Part shown: in pieces, positions 20,450 through 30,574 of the stretch
How the letters are laid out: each line of letters opens with the position of its first letter
Numbering within the stretch: the stretch's first letter is position 1
From: Gammaproteobacteria bacterium UBA3067
GTDB taxonomy: Bacteria > Pseudomonadota > Gammaproteobacteria > Pseudomonadales > UBA3067
Length of the DNA stretch: 64,000 nt
Direction of reading: 5' to 3'
NCBI GenBank assembly: GCA_002366835.1
Contig: DFBZ01000147.1
Span: forward strand, 13,649-77,648
Translations under genes and position numbers: made by a program
Notes under the pieces: generated by a model
Databases searched by the model: none
What the model was told of the DNA's origin: nothing
Seen by the model: only the letters and a program-made list of their open reading frames with translations

Positions 20450-21337
20450 TTGAAACAGCCCTCCATACAGTGTATTCAAATTGGTGACTTACCTGCCCTG
20501 CAAATCAATAACCAACTGGCAAGTGCCGTGGTGCTTCTCCAAGGCGGGCAGCTTATTCAATTCCAAGCCCATGGCGAAGCACCTCTTTTATGGGAAAACC
20601 CTGATGCACAATTCCAACGAGGTAAGGCTGTGCGAACTGGCATTCCCATTTGCTGGCCCTGGTTTGGTGACCTGAACTGTAACCCGCAGACGGTGCAAAA
20701 TGAATTTCAAAAATTGCCCACTCAGCCCGCCCACGGATTTGCCCGCACTGGCACTTGGGGACTTTACGATTATAATATGCATGAGGCAGGCACCACCCTT
20801 CGCCTCAGATTGCTCGACACCCCCTGCCCTCTTCATTTAAGCCTGGAGGTAGAGATTGGTGAAAAGCTGTCTCTCCGGCTAATCACCCATAACCCGTCTC
20901 AGAACAGCGTTCATTTTAGTCAGGCCTTACACAGCTACTTCCCCACGCAAAATATTTCAGAAACAAGCATTCACGGTTTGGATAATTGCGAATACCTGGA
21001 TGCTATGGATGGGTGGCAGAAAAAATACCAAACCGGCCCTATCTCCTTTTCTGAAGAAACCGATCGTGTGTATTTTGGCAGCGAGGGAGACTTAAAAATT
21101 ATGCGGGGTAATAGGCAAAAAGGGGAATCGCAAAATACCCTGATAGAAAGCTCCGGCAGCGCATCCTGTGTTGTCTGGAACCCCTGGAAAGAAAAAGCCG
21201 CACGCCTTTCACAATTCAGCCCAGAGGCATATCAATCCATGCTTTGCGTGGAAACTGCAAATGCTGCTTCCGACTCAATAAAACTGGCAAAGGGTGCAAC
21301 GCACACACTAAGCCTATCCCTCAGCAGGCTTTCTTAA
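20450..21337 (+). CDS. D-hexose-6-phosphate mutarotase (aldose 1-epimerase family, YeaD-like)
   Basis: VRTGIPICWPWFGD and HGFAR motifs. 295 aa with a TTG start. Confidence 0.75.
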   Translation: MKQPSIQCIQIGDLPALQINNQLASAVVLLQGGQLIQFQAHGEAPLLWENPDAQFQRGKAVRTGIPICWPWFGDLNCNPQTVQNEFQKLPTQPAHGFARTGTWGLYDYNMHEAGTTLRLRLLDTPCPLHLSLEVEIGEKLSLRLITHNPSQNSVHFSQALHSYFPTQNISETSIHGLDNCEYLDAMDGWQKKYQTGPISFSEETDRVYFGSEGDLKIMRGNRQKGESQNTLIESSGSASCVVWNPWKEKAARLSQFSPEAYQSMLCVETANAASDSIKLAKGATHTLSLSLSRLS

Positions 21338-21418
21338 GGCCTGACTGACAAACAATAAATGAAAGGCTGACCCATCAATACAACAGAACGAATAAAAGAA
21401 GACACCCTGTTTTTTAAA

Positions 21419-21510
21419 GCCGGATAAAAAGACCAACCCTAACTCTACAACCTCTTCTTCATACCCTTCCTCAGGTCGCTGCCGTTTTATCCTTTTCTTG
21501 TTGCTTTTTA
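21419..21510. repeat. Imperfect direct repeat, copy A (pairs with 23529..23640)
   Basis: GGATAAAAAGACCAACCCTAACTCTACAACC..TTCTTC..CCTTCCT..CCTTTTCTTGTTGC aligns with copy B in three blocks. Identity was judged by eye. Confidence 0.4.
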
Positions 21511-21618
21511 TTGGCTGTATGTTAATTATCTGACAAGAAATTTTTCTAATTCCCTCGCTTAAACGGTATTATTTTCCTCTAGGTAACATGTATATTAACG
21601 GAGTATTTTGCTAGCACA

Positions 21619-21665
21619 TCCGGTTAATTTTTGAACTGGTTTATTTTTGTTCGAAATTAACCGGA
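21619..21665. promoter_or_regulatory. Perfect 12-bp inverted repeat about 100 bp upstream of the SOR-like gene; candidate operator or structured element
   Basis: TCCGGTTAATTT (21619-21630) and AAATTAACCGGA (21654-21665), separated by a 23-nt spacer. Confidence 0.35.
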
Positions 21666-21765
21666 AACCAGAGGCTGCTTATCCCTGCCATTAGGCTCAT
21701 ATTTATACGGCACTGCACCTATGCCGGAACTAAAGAAATTTACAACAAAACTATGGAGAATAATT

Positions 21766-22173
21766 ATGAATAGAAGAAATTTTATACGTGTATCGACATT
21801 AGGTGCTGCCACCGGAATGATGGCACCAACGGTTGCCTTAGCTTCCACTGTAAGTATGGCCGGTGGAGTTTATTACACTAAGGAAGCTCCAGGCCGCTGG
21901 AGTAAAAAAATTGAAAGTCATTTACCAATAATTGAAGTTTCAGGGAAAAAAATACAAGTAACAACTCCCCATGGCATGACTGGATATGATCACTATATTG
22001 TCAAGCACATGATACTAAATGATAAGTTTGAATTCATTGATGAGAAGATGTTTGACCCGACTCAGGATAAAGCCCCAATATCTCAGTTTGACCTTGGTAA
22101 TTACTCAGGTCGAATACATGTTTTGAGTGCCTGCAACAAACATGACACCTGGTTAAATATGGCTGACATATAA
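21766..22173 (+). CDS. Tat-exported superoxide-reductase-like (desulfoferrodoxin ferrous-iron-binding domain) protein
   Basis: Twin-arginine signal MNRRNFIRVSTLGAATGMMAPTVALA, with GGAG 7 nt upstream of the ATG. SOR centre-II ligand motifs are present: ESHLPIIE (compare EKHVPVIE), PHGMTGYDHYIVKH (compare HPNTTEHHIRYI) and SACNKHDTW (compare YCNIHGLW). Confidence 0.75.
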   Translation: MNRRNFIRVSTLGAATGMMAPTVALASTVSMAGGVYYTKEAPGRWSKKIESHLPIIEVSGKKIQVTTPHGMTGYDHYIVKHMILNDKFEFIDEKMFDPTQDKAPISQFDLGNYSGRIHVLSACNKHDTWLNMADI

Positions 22174-22180
22174 AACATAA

Positions 22181-22226
22181 CTAATAAGGGGGGGGGTCGC
22201 GCATTGCTGAAGCTCCCCCTTATTAG
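22181..22226. terminator. Strong bidirectional stem-loop between the convergent SOR-like and ankyrin genes
   Basis: CTAATAAGGGGG (22181-22192) pairs with CCCCCTTATTAG (22215-22226). The left arm runs into a G9 homopolymer. Confidence 0.65.
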
Positions 22227-22311
22227 TTGAATTCAAGAGTTGTTTTCTCTTAAGTAGGTCCATTCTTTTTAAGTAGTTCTAATTTACTTTATTAGGCAAC
22301 AACTGCACCCA

Positions 22312-23097
22312 TCAACGGGTGGCTTTCAGTAATTCAATAATTTTAGTATTTCCCTGGTTTTCCGCCCACATCAAGGCGGTTTTACCATTCTTGTCTTGAA
22401 TCTTTGTATCGGCACCATATAACATTAACAAATTCACTATATCGTCGTGTCCTTCATATGCGCCTGCAATTATAGCGGTCCAGCCATCTTTGTCATTTGG
22501 TATGGCATCAATATTTGCGTTGTTTTCTAATAACATTTTGGCGATCGAATAAAAACCATATTTTGATGCAAACATGAGCGATGTCCTTCCAAGTTTGTTT
22601 TTTGCATTTACATTCGCACCGCTTTTAATCAATACAGAAGCAACCTCTTCATTTCCTTCGGCAACAGAGATCATGAGCGGCGTCCATCCAATGCCGATTT
22701 GAGTATTACGAGTACTACTTGTTGAATATTCAACGTTTACCCCTGCATTGATCATCGCCTCAACCAAACGATGATCTCCAAATTTAGCCGCCGCAAACAG
22801 CAGAGATGCACTCCGTTTATTTATCTCTAATTCATAATCCATTAGAAGGCTTTGACATGCATCTTCTTCCGGTGTCTTGGCACATATCCCCGCTACTACT
22901 TGACAGTAATAATGAGCAACAAGCTGCGGGGTTTCCTTACCATCTGTCTTTGCCCTTTTTTCTGCCGATGGCATACATGCTTCATAAATCAACTGTTTAG
23001 TCGTGGGCTTACGAGGTGACTGACTAGGAGGCGCTGTTGTACAACCGCTTATTAATAGAAAAATGGATAGTGTAAAAATTAACGTGTAGTTGTTCAC
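22312..23097 (-). CDS. Ankyrin-repeat lipoprotein
   Basis: GTG start preceded by AAAGGAGAG gives MNNYTLIFTLSIFLLISGC (lipobox). At least 4 ankyrin repeats, e.g. GWTPLMISVAEGNEEVASVLIKSGANVNAKN and GKTALMWAENQGNTKIIELL. The longest ORF reaches 23142. Confidence 0.85.
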   Translation of the reverse strand: MNNYTLIFTLSIFLLISGCTTAPPSQSPRKPTTKQLIYEACMPSAEKRAKTDGKETPQLVAHYYCQVVAGICAKTPEEDACQSLLMDYELEINKRSASLLFAAAKFGDHRLVEAMINAGVNVEYSTSSTRNTQIGIGWTPLMISVAEGNEEVASVLIKSGANVNAKNKLGRTSLMFASKYGFYSIAKMLLENNANIDAIPNDKDGWTAIIAGAYEGHDDIVNLLMLYGADTKIQDKNGKTALMWAENQGNTKIIELLKATR

Positions 23098-23528
23098 AAT
23101 TACTCTCCTTTTGTGTTCTCTTTCACCGTCATGGTAGAACACCGCGTTGCCGAGGTGCCCCCATATAGATCCGGACGTACGGAATTACCGCATCCGTCTC
23201 TTCAATAGTATCGTTGCCCGTGTAAAGCACAGAACCTCAATACCAATCCAAAGCAATGAGTCGTTTGCTCACGCGCATGGGTTGAATTCCGAAATATCTT
23301 AACATCTCTTTCACCCCTGACTAGGTGCAACTACGCCGCTGACTTCTTCGGTTTAACCATTTGTACAGGCTATGAAATATATGGCTAAGACAAAAAATAT
23401 AAAGACAGCCACTATATTATGAATAAAACAATTGGGCGTAATAGATAAAAGAGCAGTAACTACCGGGTAGTCATCAACAAAAAAACAAAGAAAGCATCAC
23501 ACCACAAGCAGGTGATCTACCTTTTAGC

Positions 23529-23640
23529 ACGGGATAAAACGACCCAGCCTAACCGTACAGCTTCTTCGAGCCCCCCTCCTTTAATCCAAGCAACAGATTC
23601 TTCGGCATTCCCCTTTTCAGATTGTTGCCTATTTTTCTTT
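23529..23640. repeat. Imperfect direct repeat, copy B (pairs with 21419..21510)
   Basis: GGGATAAAACGACCCAGCCTAACCGTACAGC..TTCTTC..CCCCTCCT..CCTTTTCAGATTGTTGC. Lies inside a dubious 81-aa reverse ORF. Confidence 0.4.
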
Positions 23641-23967
23641 TCCCTGAATTGCTCTAGAGAAGAAAGCGTACCCGCTGCATAAAAAAAGTACTTCTGGAAG
23701 TGAGAAGCGGAATCAATCCAGTTTTCAGGCTGATTACCTAAACGGCGCAAAATTGGCGGCAAATGGCTGTAGATAGCCCCGCGCTTATCTTCTCGAAGAG
23801 TGCCCCCGCCCTATCCACCAACTCAAAATAATCCTGCCGCGTAAATGGGATCCCTAATCAAGTTCGCTCTCAAGTGGCGAAATAAAGCCCCTACAATTTT
23901 ATCCAGACCTGTATTGCTCCTTCCGCTATAATGCCGTCCCCAAGATTATTCGCTCGTAGCCAGAACC

Positions 23968-25170
23968 ATGAACAACGACCTTCAACGCCTACAACCCTAC
24001 CCTTTTGAAAAGCTCAACGCGCTGAAAGCTACGGTGTCACCACCGAGTGGGCTTTCTCCCATTTTGCTATCCATTGGTGAACCCAAGCACGCTGCACCTG
24101 CCCATGTATTGCAGGCACTCAGTGATGCCTTGCCCAAAGTCGCTCACTACCCCGCCACAAAGGGTTCGCCAGAATTGCGAGAGAGTATCGCAAGTTGGCT
24201 CATACAACGTTTTAACCTTGCTGCTGATTCGATAGATTCTGAACGGCATGTTTTGCCCGTTAGTGGCACTCGCGAGGCCCTGTTCGCCTTTGCGCAAGCG
24301 GTGGTCAACCGTGAGGCTGTGGCAAGTGGGGCGAAGCCCTATATCATGATGCCCAACCCGTTTTACCAGATCTACGAAGGGGCGACCTTTTTGGCAGGCG
24401 CAACGCCCTTTTACTTGCCAAACAAAGGCATACAGCCGGATTTCGACAGTATTGACGAGGAAAGCTGGTCGAAGTGCCAGCTACTGTTTATCTGCTCGCC
24501 CTACAACCCCACTGGCGCGGTGATGCAGTTTGAAACCTTGAAGAAACTAATTGCTCTGGCCGATAAGCATGACTTTATCATTGCCAGTGACGAATGTTAT
24601 TCCGAGATTTATTTAGATGAATCCCAGCCGCCCATGGGCTTGCTAGAAGCCTGCGCAAAACTTGGTCGCCATCAATATGAACGCTGCGTGGTGTTTCACA
24701 GCCTGTCGAAACGCTCAAACCTACCGGGCTTGCGCTCGGGATTTGTGGCCGGTGATGCCAGCGTTCTGAAGGACTTTTTGCTCTATCGCACTTACCACGG
24801 TTGCGCGATGCCTTTGCATCATCAAATCGCCAGCATTCACGCCTGGAATGATGAAAGTCACGTTATCGAAAACCGCACTCTTTACCGAGAGAAATTTGCG
24901 CAATTTCAAGCGATAGCGGGGCAGCAGTTGTCGTTGGAGATACCGGAAGGCGGTTTTTATTTTTGGGCACAAACGCCCATTGATGATATCGAGTTTGCAC
25001 AAAAACTTTACGTGAGAGAAAACATTACCGTTTTGCCGGGCCAATACCTTTCTCGGGAAATAGACGGCGAGAACCCTGGCAAAAATCGCATTCGCATGGC
25101 CTTGGTTGCCAGCACCGAAGAGTGCGCTGAAGCGGCACAACGCATTCAACGTTTTATGAGTACGATATAA
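23968..25170 (+). CDS. dapC: Class I/II aminotransferase, probable succinyldiaminopimelate transaminase
   Basis: 400 aa with the PLP-lysine region SLSKRSNLPGLRSG. Clustered with dapD and dapE. A TATAAT hexamer at 23927-23932 could be its -10 element. Confidence 0.75.
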   Translation: MNNDLQRLQPYPFEKLNALKATVSPPSGLSPILLSIGEPKHAAPAHVLQALSDALPKVAHYPATKGSPELRESIASWLIQRFNLAADSIDSERHVLPVSGTREALFAFAQAVVNREAVASGAKPYIMMPNPFYQIYEGATFLAGATPFYLPNKGIQPDFDSIDEESWSKCQLLFICSPYNPTGAVMQFETLKKLIALADKHDFIIASDECYSEIYLDESQPPMGLLEACAKLGRHQYERCVVFHSLSKRSNLPGLRSGFVAGDASVLKDFLLYRTYHGCAMPLHHQIASIHAWNDESHVIENRTLYREKFAQFQAIAGQQLSLEIPEGGFYFWAQTPIDDIEFAQKLYVRENITVLPGQYLSREIDGENPGKNRIRMALVASTEECAEAAQRIQRFMSTI

Positions 25171-25172
25171 GC

Positions 25173-25517
25173 ATGGTGACACTTTACGGCATTAAAAATT
25201 GCGATACCGTCAAAAAAGCCCGGCGCTGGCTTGAACAGGCAGGCATCGATTACCAGTTTCATGATTTTCGCAGCGATGGCTTGGAAGCACATCAGGTGCA
25301 GAGCTGGGTGGATGTTTTAGGCTGGGAAAGCATACTGAATAAACGCAGCACAACTTGGCGTAAGCTGCCCGAAGACACTAAAAACTCCCTCGGTGAAAAT
25401 AACCTTGTGAGCCTGCTTTTGGAGCAGCCCACCCTTATTAAACGCCCAGTGCTCGACAAGCAAGGCCAGATTCACCTTGGCTTTAAAGAAACCGATTACC
25501 AGCAAATTTTCAGCTAA
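25173..25517 (+). CDS. ArsC/Spx-family protein (YffB-like)
   Basis: 114 aa. MVTLYGIKNCDTVKKARRWLEQAGIDYQFHDFR is typical of the YffB subgroup. Confidence 0.85.
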   Translation: MVTLYGIKNCDTVKKARRWLEQAGIDYQFHDFRSDGLEAHQVQSWVDVLGWESILNKRSTTWRKLPEDTKNSLGENNLVSLLLEQPTLIKRPVLDKQGQIHLGFKETDYQQIFS

Positions 25518-25531
25518 TTTAGGAGCAAAAC

Positions 25532-26566
25532 ATGACCGACTCATCCTTTTTCTGTGTGGCCTTTGGTGTTGGAACACAAAACGCTAAAAACGAATGGCTA
25601 GAAGTGTATTACCCCCAGCCACTTTTCCAGCCAGCAAAATCCCTGGTGGAAAAACTCGGCGCCATCGTGGGGTACGAAGGCGGCAACGCGGCCATTAGCA
25701 TCGAAACAGAACAAGTTAGCGCCCTTTGCAAGGAGCTTGAGGCAGCCAAGATCGACACAGCATTGGTGGCACCTTTAGCGCAAAGTCAGCAGCCTTTAGT
25801 GTTAACCTTTATTGAAAAAGACAGCGCTCTTAGCAGCACCCCTGAAGCGTATTTAAAGCTACATTTAATCTCCCTACGCCATGTTAAACCCCACGGCACT
25901 AACTTAAGCGGCATTTTCCCTTTGCTGCCCAACGTGGCTTGGACTAATCAAGGCGCAGTCGATCTGACAGAACTTCCACAGCGACAACTAGATTCCCGTT
26001 TGAAAGGTGAGCTACTGGAAGTCAGCTCGGTGGACAAATTCCCCAAAATGACGAACTACGTGGTGCCAACTGGGGTGCGCATTGCCCATACTGCCCGCGT
26101 GCGCTTAGGGGCTTATGTTGGCGAAGGCACCACGGTTATGCACGAAGGCTTTATAAACTTTAATGCCGGTACCGAAGGCACCAGTATGATAGAAGGCCGT
26201 ATTTCGGCTGGTGTAGTGGTTGGCGAAGGCAGCGACCTTGGTGGCGGTTGCAGCACTATGGGCACCTTATCAGGCGGCAACAACGTGATTATTTCCGTAG
26301 GCAAAAATTGCTTATTGGGGGCTAACGCGGGCTTGGGCATTCCCCTTGGCGACCGTTGCACCATCGAAGCCGGTTTATACATCACTGCAGGCTCTAAAGT
26401 GAATTTGCTCGATGATAAAAACCAGTTAGTGAGCACCCTAAAAGCCAGCGAGTTGGCTGGAAAGTCTGACTTACTTTTCCGTCGTAACTCCCAAACTGGC
26501 ACCATCGAGTGTAAAGCTAACCGCAGCGCTATCGCACTCAATGAAGAACTACACGCGCATAACTAA
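25532..26566 (+). CDS. dapD: 2,3,4,5-tetrahydropyridine-2,6-dicarboxylate N-succinyltransferase (long form)
   Basis: 344 aa with C-terminal left-handed beta-helix hexapeptide repeats ([14 protein letters not shown].., [16 protein letters not shown]..). Sits between dapC and dapE. Confidence 0.88.
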   Translation: MTDSSFFCVAFGVGTQNAKNEWLEVYYPQPLFQPAKSLVEKLGAIVGYEGGNAAISIETEQVSALCKELEAAKIDTALVAPLAQSQQPLVLTFIEKDSALSSTPEAYLKLHLISLRHVKPHGTNLSGIFPLLPNVAWTNQGAVDLTELPQRQLDSRLKGELLEVSSVDKFPKMTNYVVPTGVRIAHTARVRLGAYVGEGTTVMHEGFINFNAGTEGTSMIEGRISAGVVVGEGSDLGGGCSTMGTLSGGNNVIISVGKNCLLGANAGLGIPLGDRCTIEAGLYITAGSKVNLLDDKNQLVSTLKASELAGKSDLLFRRNSQTGTIECKANRSAIALNEELHAHN

Positions 26567-26579
26567 CGGCCGCTACAGC

Positions 26580-27401
26580 ATGAAAAGTAAATCGCAGTAC
26601 GAATTTAACAAACTGCAAAAGAAAATACGCCGGGAAACCGGCAACGCCATCGTTGACTACAACATGATTGAAGACAACGATGTGGTTATGGTGTGCTTGT
26701 CTGGCGGTAAAGATTCTTACACCCTGCTTGATATGCTGATGAGCCTGCAGCGTTCTGCGCCCATCAGCTTTGAACTGATCGCGGTCAATCTTGATCAAAA
26801 GCAACCGGGTTTTCCAGAAGAGGTACTGCCGGAATACCTCAGCAAGCTCGGTGTCAACTACCATATTTTGGAGAAAGACACCTATAGCATCGTGCAGGAA
26901 AAGCTACCAGAAGGGAAAACCCAGTGCTCGCTGTGTTCGCGTCTGCGGCGTGGCTCACTTTATGGTTTCGCTGAAAAAATCGGTGCCACCAAGATTGCTC
27001 TGGGCCACCACCGTGACGATATTCTCGAAACCCTGTTTCTGAATTTGTTCTACGGTGGAAAGATGAAGGGAATGCCGCCCAAATTGCTTAGCGATGATAG
27101 GAAAAACATCGTGATCCGCCCCCTCGCCTACTGCCGCGAAAAGGATATTAGCCGTTATTCCGAAGAAAAAGGCTTCCCCATTATTCCCTGCACTTTGTGT
27201 GGTAGCCAGGCAAACTTGCAGCGCCAGGTCATAAAAGAAATGATGCAAGACTGGGATCAACAGCACCCAGGTCGATTAGAAACCATGTTCACGGCAATGC
27301 AAAACGTTACGCCTTCGCACATGGCTGACCGTAAACTCTTCGATTTTGAAACACTCACCATCAGCGGGCGCGATCGCTTGCCTGTTCTGGAAGTAAAATA
27401 A
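26580..27401 (+). CDS. ttcA: tRNA 2-thiocytidine(32) synthetase TtcA
   Basis: [13 protein letters not shown]-terminus as in E. coli TtcA, PP-loop SGGKDS, and Cys pairs [10 protein letters not shown] and CTLCGSQ. An alternative start at 26541 overlaps dapD. Confidence 0.9.
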   Translation: MKSKSQYEFNKLQKKIRRETGNAIVDYNMIEDNDVVMVCLSGGKDSYTLLDMLMSLQRSAPISFELIAVNLDQKQPGFPEEVLPEYLSKLGVNYHILEKDTYSIVQEKLPEGKTQCSLCSRLRRGSLYGFAEKIGATKIALGHHRDDILETLFLNLFYGGKMKGMPPKLLSDDRKNIVIRPLAYCREKDISRYSEEKGFPIIPCTLCGSQANLQRQVIKEMMQDWDQQHPGRLETMFTAMQNVTPSHMADRKLFDFETLTISGRDRLPVLEVK

Positions 27402-28559
<1,158 letters not shown>

Positions 28560-28573
28560 GTGATACAAACGTC

Positions 28574-29467
28574 ATGAGCCAAACTGTTAATAGCCCCTTG
28601 GTTTGCCCTGTTTGCAGAGAGGCTCTACAAAATAATGATCGCAGCTATTATTGCCCTCAGGGCCACAGTTTTGATATTGCCCGCCAAGGCTATGTAAACT
28701 TATTACTCAGCCACCAGCGGCGCAGCAAACACCCTGGCGATAGCAAGGAGATGATCAAGGCCCGCCAGGCATTCTTGGCTGAAGGACATTATTTACCTAT
28801 TTATACGGCGCTTGAACAACTCGCGCTCAAACACCTAAAGAACGTTGAAACTAACTCCCCCTTGCAAGTGGCTGATCTCGGCTGCGGTGAAGGCTACTAT
28901 ACCCACCAGCTGGATAAAGCATTACGCAAAGTACTGACTGAGCATAAAAATCCGCTTCAAACATGGGGAATTGATATTTCAAAAGACGCCATTATCAATG
29001 CCTGCAAGCATAACTCTAAGGTTAACTGGCTCATTGCGAACCTGAGTCAAACGCCTTTTGCTGACCACAGCATGGATATGATAACCGTCTTATTTTGCCC
29101 CATAAATGCCCAGGAACTCGTAAGATTATTAAAACCCGGCGGCATTTTTATTTTTGTAAAACCAGATGCTAAGCATTTAATACAACTGCGCGAACATATC
29201 TACTCAGATATTAAAGGCCAAGATGAAAACACGGCAATAGAAAAAACCACTGACAACCCAGTTCATCACCCCCAACTAAAGCTGATTGATACCCAAGCAC
29301 TTTTCCATTCCATAAGTCTGGATACACCAGAGTCCATTCAAGCGCTTTTCAAAATGACCCCTCACTATTGGCGAAGTAAACCTGAAAAGCACAAGAAAAT
29401 AGAACAACTGAGTCAATTAGACACCGATATATCGCTAAGCTTCTTTTGCTACCAAAGAGAGCATTAA
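28574..29467 (+). CDS. rlmA: 23S rRNA (guanine745-N1)-methyltransferase
   Basis: Zn-ribbon LVCPVCREAL..YYCPQGHSFDIARQGYVNLL, the SAM motif DLGCGEGYYT, and MTPHYWRSKPE. Collinear with E. coli RlmA. Confidence 0.85.
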   Translation: MSQTVNSPLVCPVCREALQNNDRSYYCPQGHSFDIARQGYVNLLLSHQRRSKHPGDSKEMIKARQAFLAEGHYLPIYTALEQLALKHLKNVETNSPLQVADLGCGEGYYTHQLDKALRKVLTEHKNPLQTWGIDISKDAIINACKHNSKVNWLIANLSQTPFADHSMDMITVLFCPINAQELVRLLKPGGIFIFVKPDAKHLIQLREHIYSDIKGQDENTAIEKTTDNPVHHPQLKLIDTQALFHSISLDTPESIQALFKMTPHYWRSKPEKHKKIEQLSQLDTDISLSFFCYQREH

Positions 29468-29766
29468 GCCTCAGACGGTGCCTTAAGCTCCAAAGCCAGC
29501 GCATGCAGCCCTGCTTCAAACTCTTCAGATAACACCCCGTAAACCATCTGATGGCGCTTTACAGCCGACACGCCTTCAAACTTCTCGGCAACCGCCTTCA
29601 CTCGAAAGTGCGTTTCTTTGCTGTCTGTATCCAAATGCCCGGCGTGAAGGTGGCTTTCGTTAATCACCTCTAAGGCCGATGGATCTATGCCATTAGCAAT
29701 TTTTTGCGCAATAATCTCTTCCATACCCATATTAAAAATCCGCCTAAATAATATTGTATTGATCAT
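29464..29766 (-). CDS. bolA: BolA-family protein
   Basis: EVINESHLHAGH....THFRVKAVAEKFEGVSAVKRHQMVYGVL parallels E. coli BolA. Start chosen at the Met preceded by GAGG; the longest ORF reaches 29835. Confidence 0.75.
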   Translation of the reverse strand: MINTILFRRIFNMGMEEIIAQKIANGIDPSALEVINESHLHAGHLDTDSKETHFRVKAVAEKFEGVSAVKRHQMVYGVLSEEFEAGLHALALELKAPSEA

Positions 29767-30256
29767 CCTAGAAACCTCAGTTGCACCCCGAGGGCATAAA
29801 GGTGCGAAAAAGATGTGCAAGATATTGGCGTGCATAGGAAATTTTCAAAGTTCGTACTCACCTTATTGGGCGTAAGCGCCGTATACGGCTGGAGATGAGA
29901 ACTTTTTAAAATTTTCTAGGTGCGGCAAGAGCTCGCCTAAAAGCGCCTACTGTCGGTGTGCAGAATTTCGTACTCCAGCTGCGGTTTCTAGGACCAATGT
30001 GCAGCCAAGGTTACGCAGAAGTCAGCAAAGACTCAAGCGCCGTTTAAGCAAGGAGAATACCTTGGTTAAAAAACAACTTTTTCAAGCCAACCCTTCAGTA
30101 AATATTGATACTAGACATCTTCAGCACAAGCCGGTTACAAACTAAACCCGATTCACCCTCCAGATTTCGAATTATGGGTCTATCTTTAAAGAGTTAGTCA
30201 TATAACCTGGCATGACAGCTTTATAACAATCAGTAAACTTTAATGATTAGTCATCT

Positions 30257-30574
30257 ATGAACCAACTAAGAGTAAACGACATTACAGTCGGCATGGTCTG
30301 CGCCGCTGATATATTAAATAAGAATGGCCAGCTTCTTATCCCTGCAAACACATCAATTGAAGAGAAACACCTGCGATTATTAAAAGCATGGGGCTTCACT
30401 GAACTCCCTATTATTAGTAGCAGTGAACCTGCCGCAAACCAAAGTACTACAGCCACCCCTCCAAGCACTGAGAGCTTAGAGTGTCGCTTTAGACATAACA
30501 CACCTTCCCTGCTCGCTGTCATTGAGATGAAAAAAATACTTGGCTCTGGCAAGTTTCTGAGGGGCGAAATGTGA
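30257..30574 (+). CDS. Small hypothetical protein with a DUF3391-like N-terminal region (the domain usually found at the N-terminus of HD-GYP proteins)
   Basis: 105 aa. LRVNDITVGMVCAADILNKNGQLLIPANTSIEEKHLRLLKAWG resembles that domain. Its stop overlaps the GTG start of the next gene (GTGA). Confidence 0.45.
   Translation: MNQLRVNDITVGMVCAADILNKNGQLLIPANTSIEEKHLRLLKAWGFTELPIISSSEPAANQSTTATPPSTESLECRFRHNTPSLLAVIEMKKILGSGKFLRGEM

Noticed and set aside
23165-23215. Group II intron domain-V-like hairpin (..GACGGATGCGG TAATT CCGTACGTCCGG.. on the reverse strand). It has a 5-bp upper helix and a 2-nt bulge.
   Set aside because: The catalytic AGC triad and the GNRA loop are absent. The lower helix has mismatches, the CGTACG core is palindromic so the strand is ambiguous, and there is no reverse-transcriptase/maturase ORF nearby.
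23517-23762. 81-aa reverse-strand ORF in the islet.
   Set aside because: It has no RBS, odd composition, and overlaps the repeat copy. The frame upstream is broken by stop codons. I treated it as debris rather than a gene.
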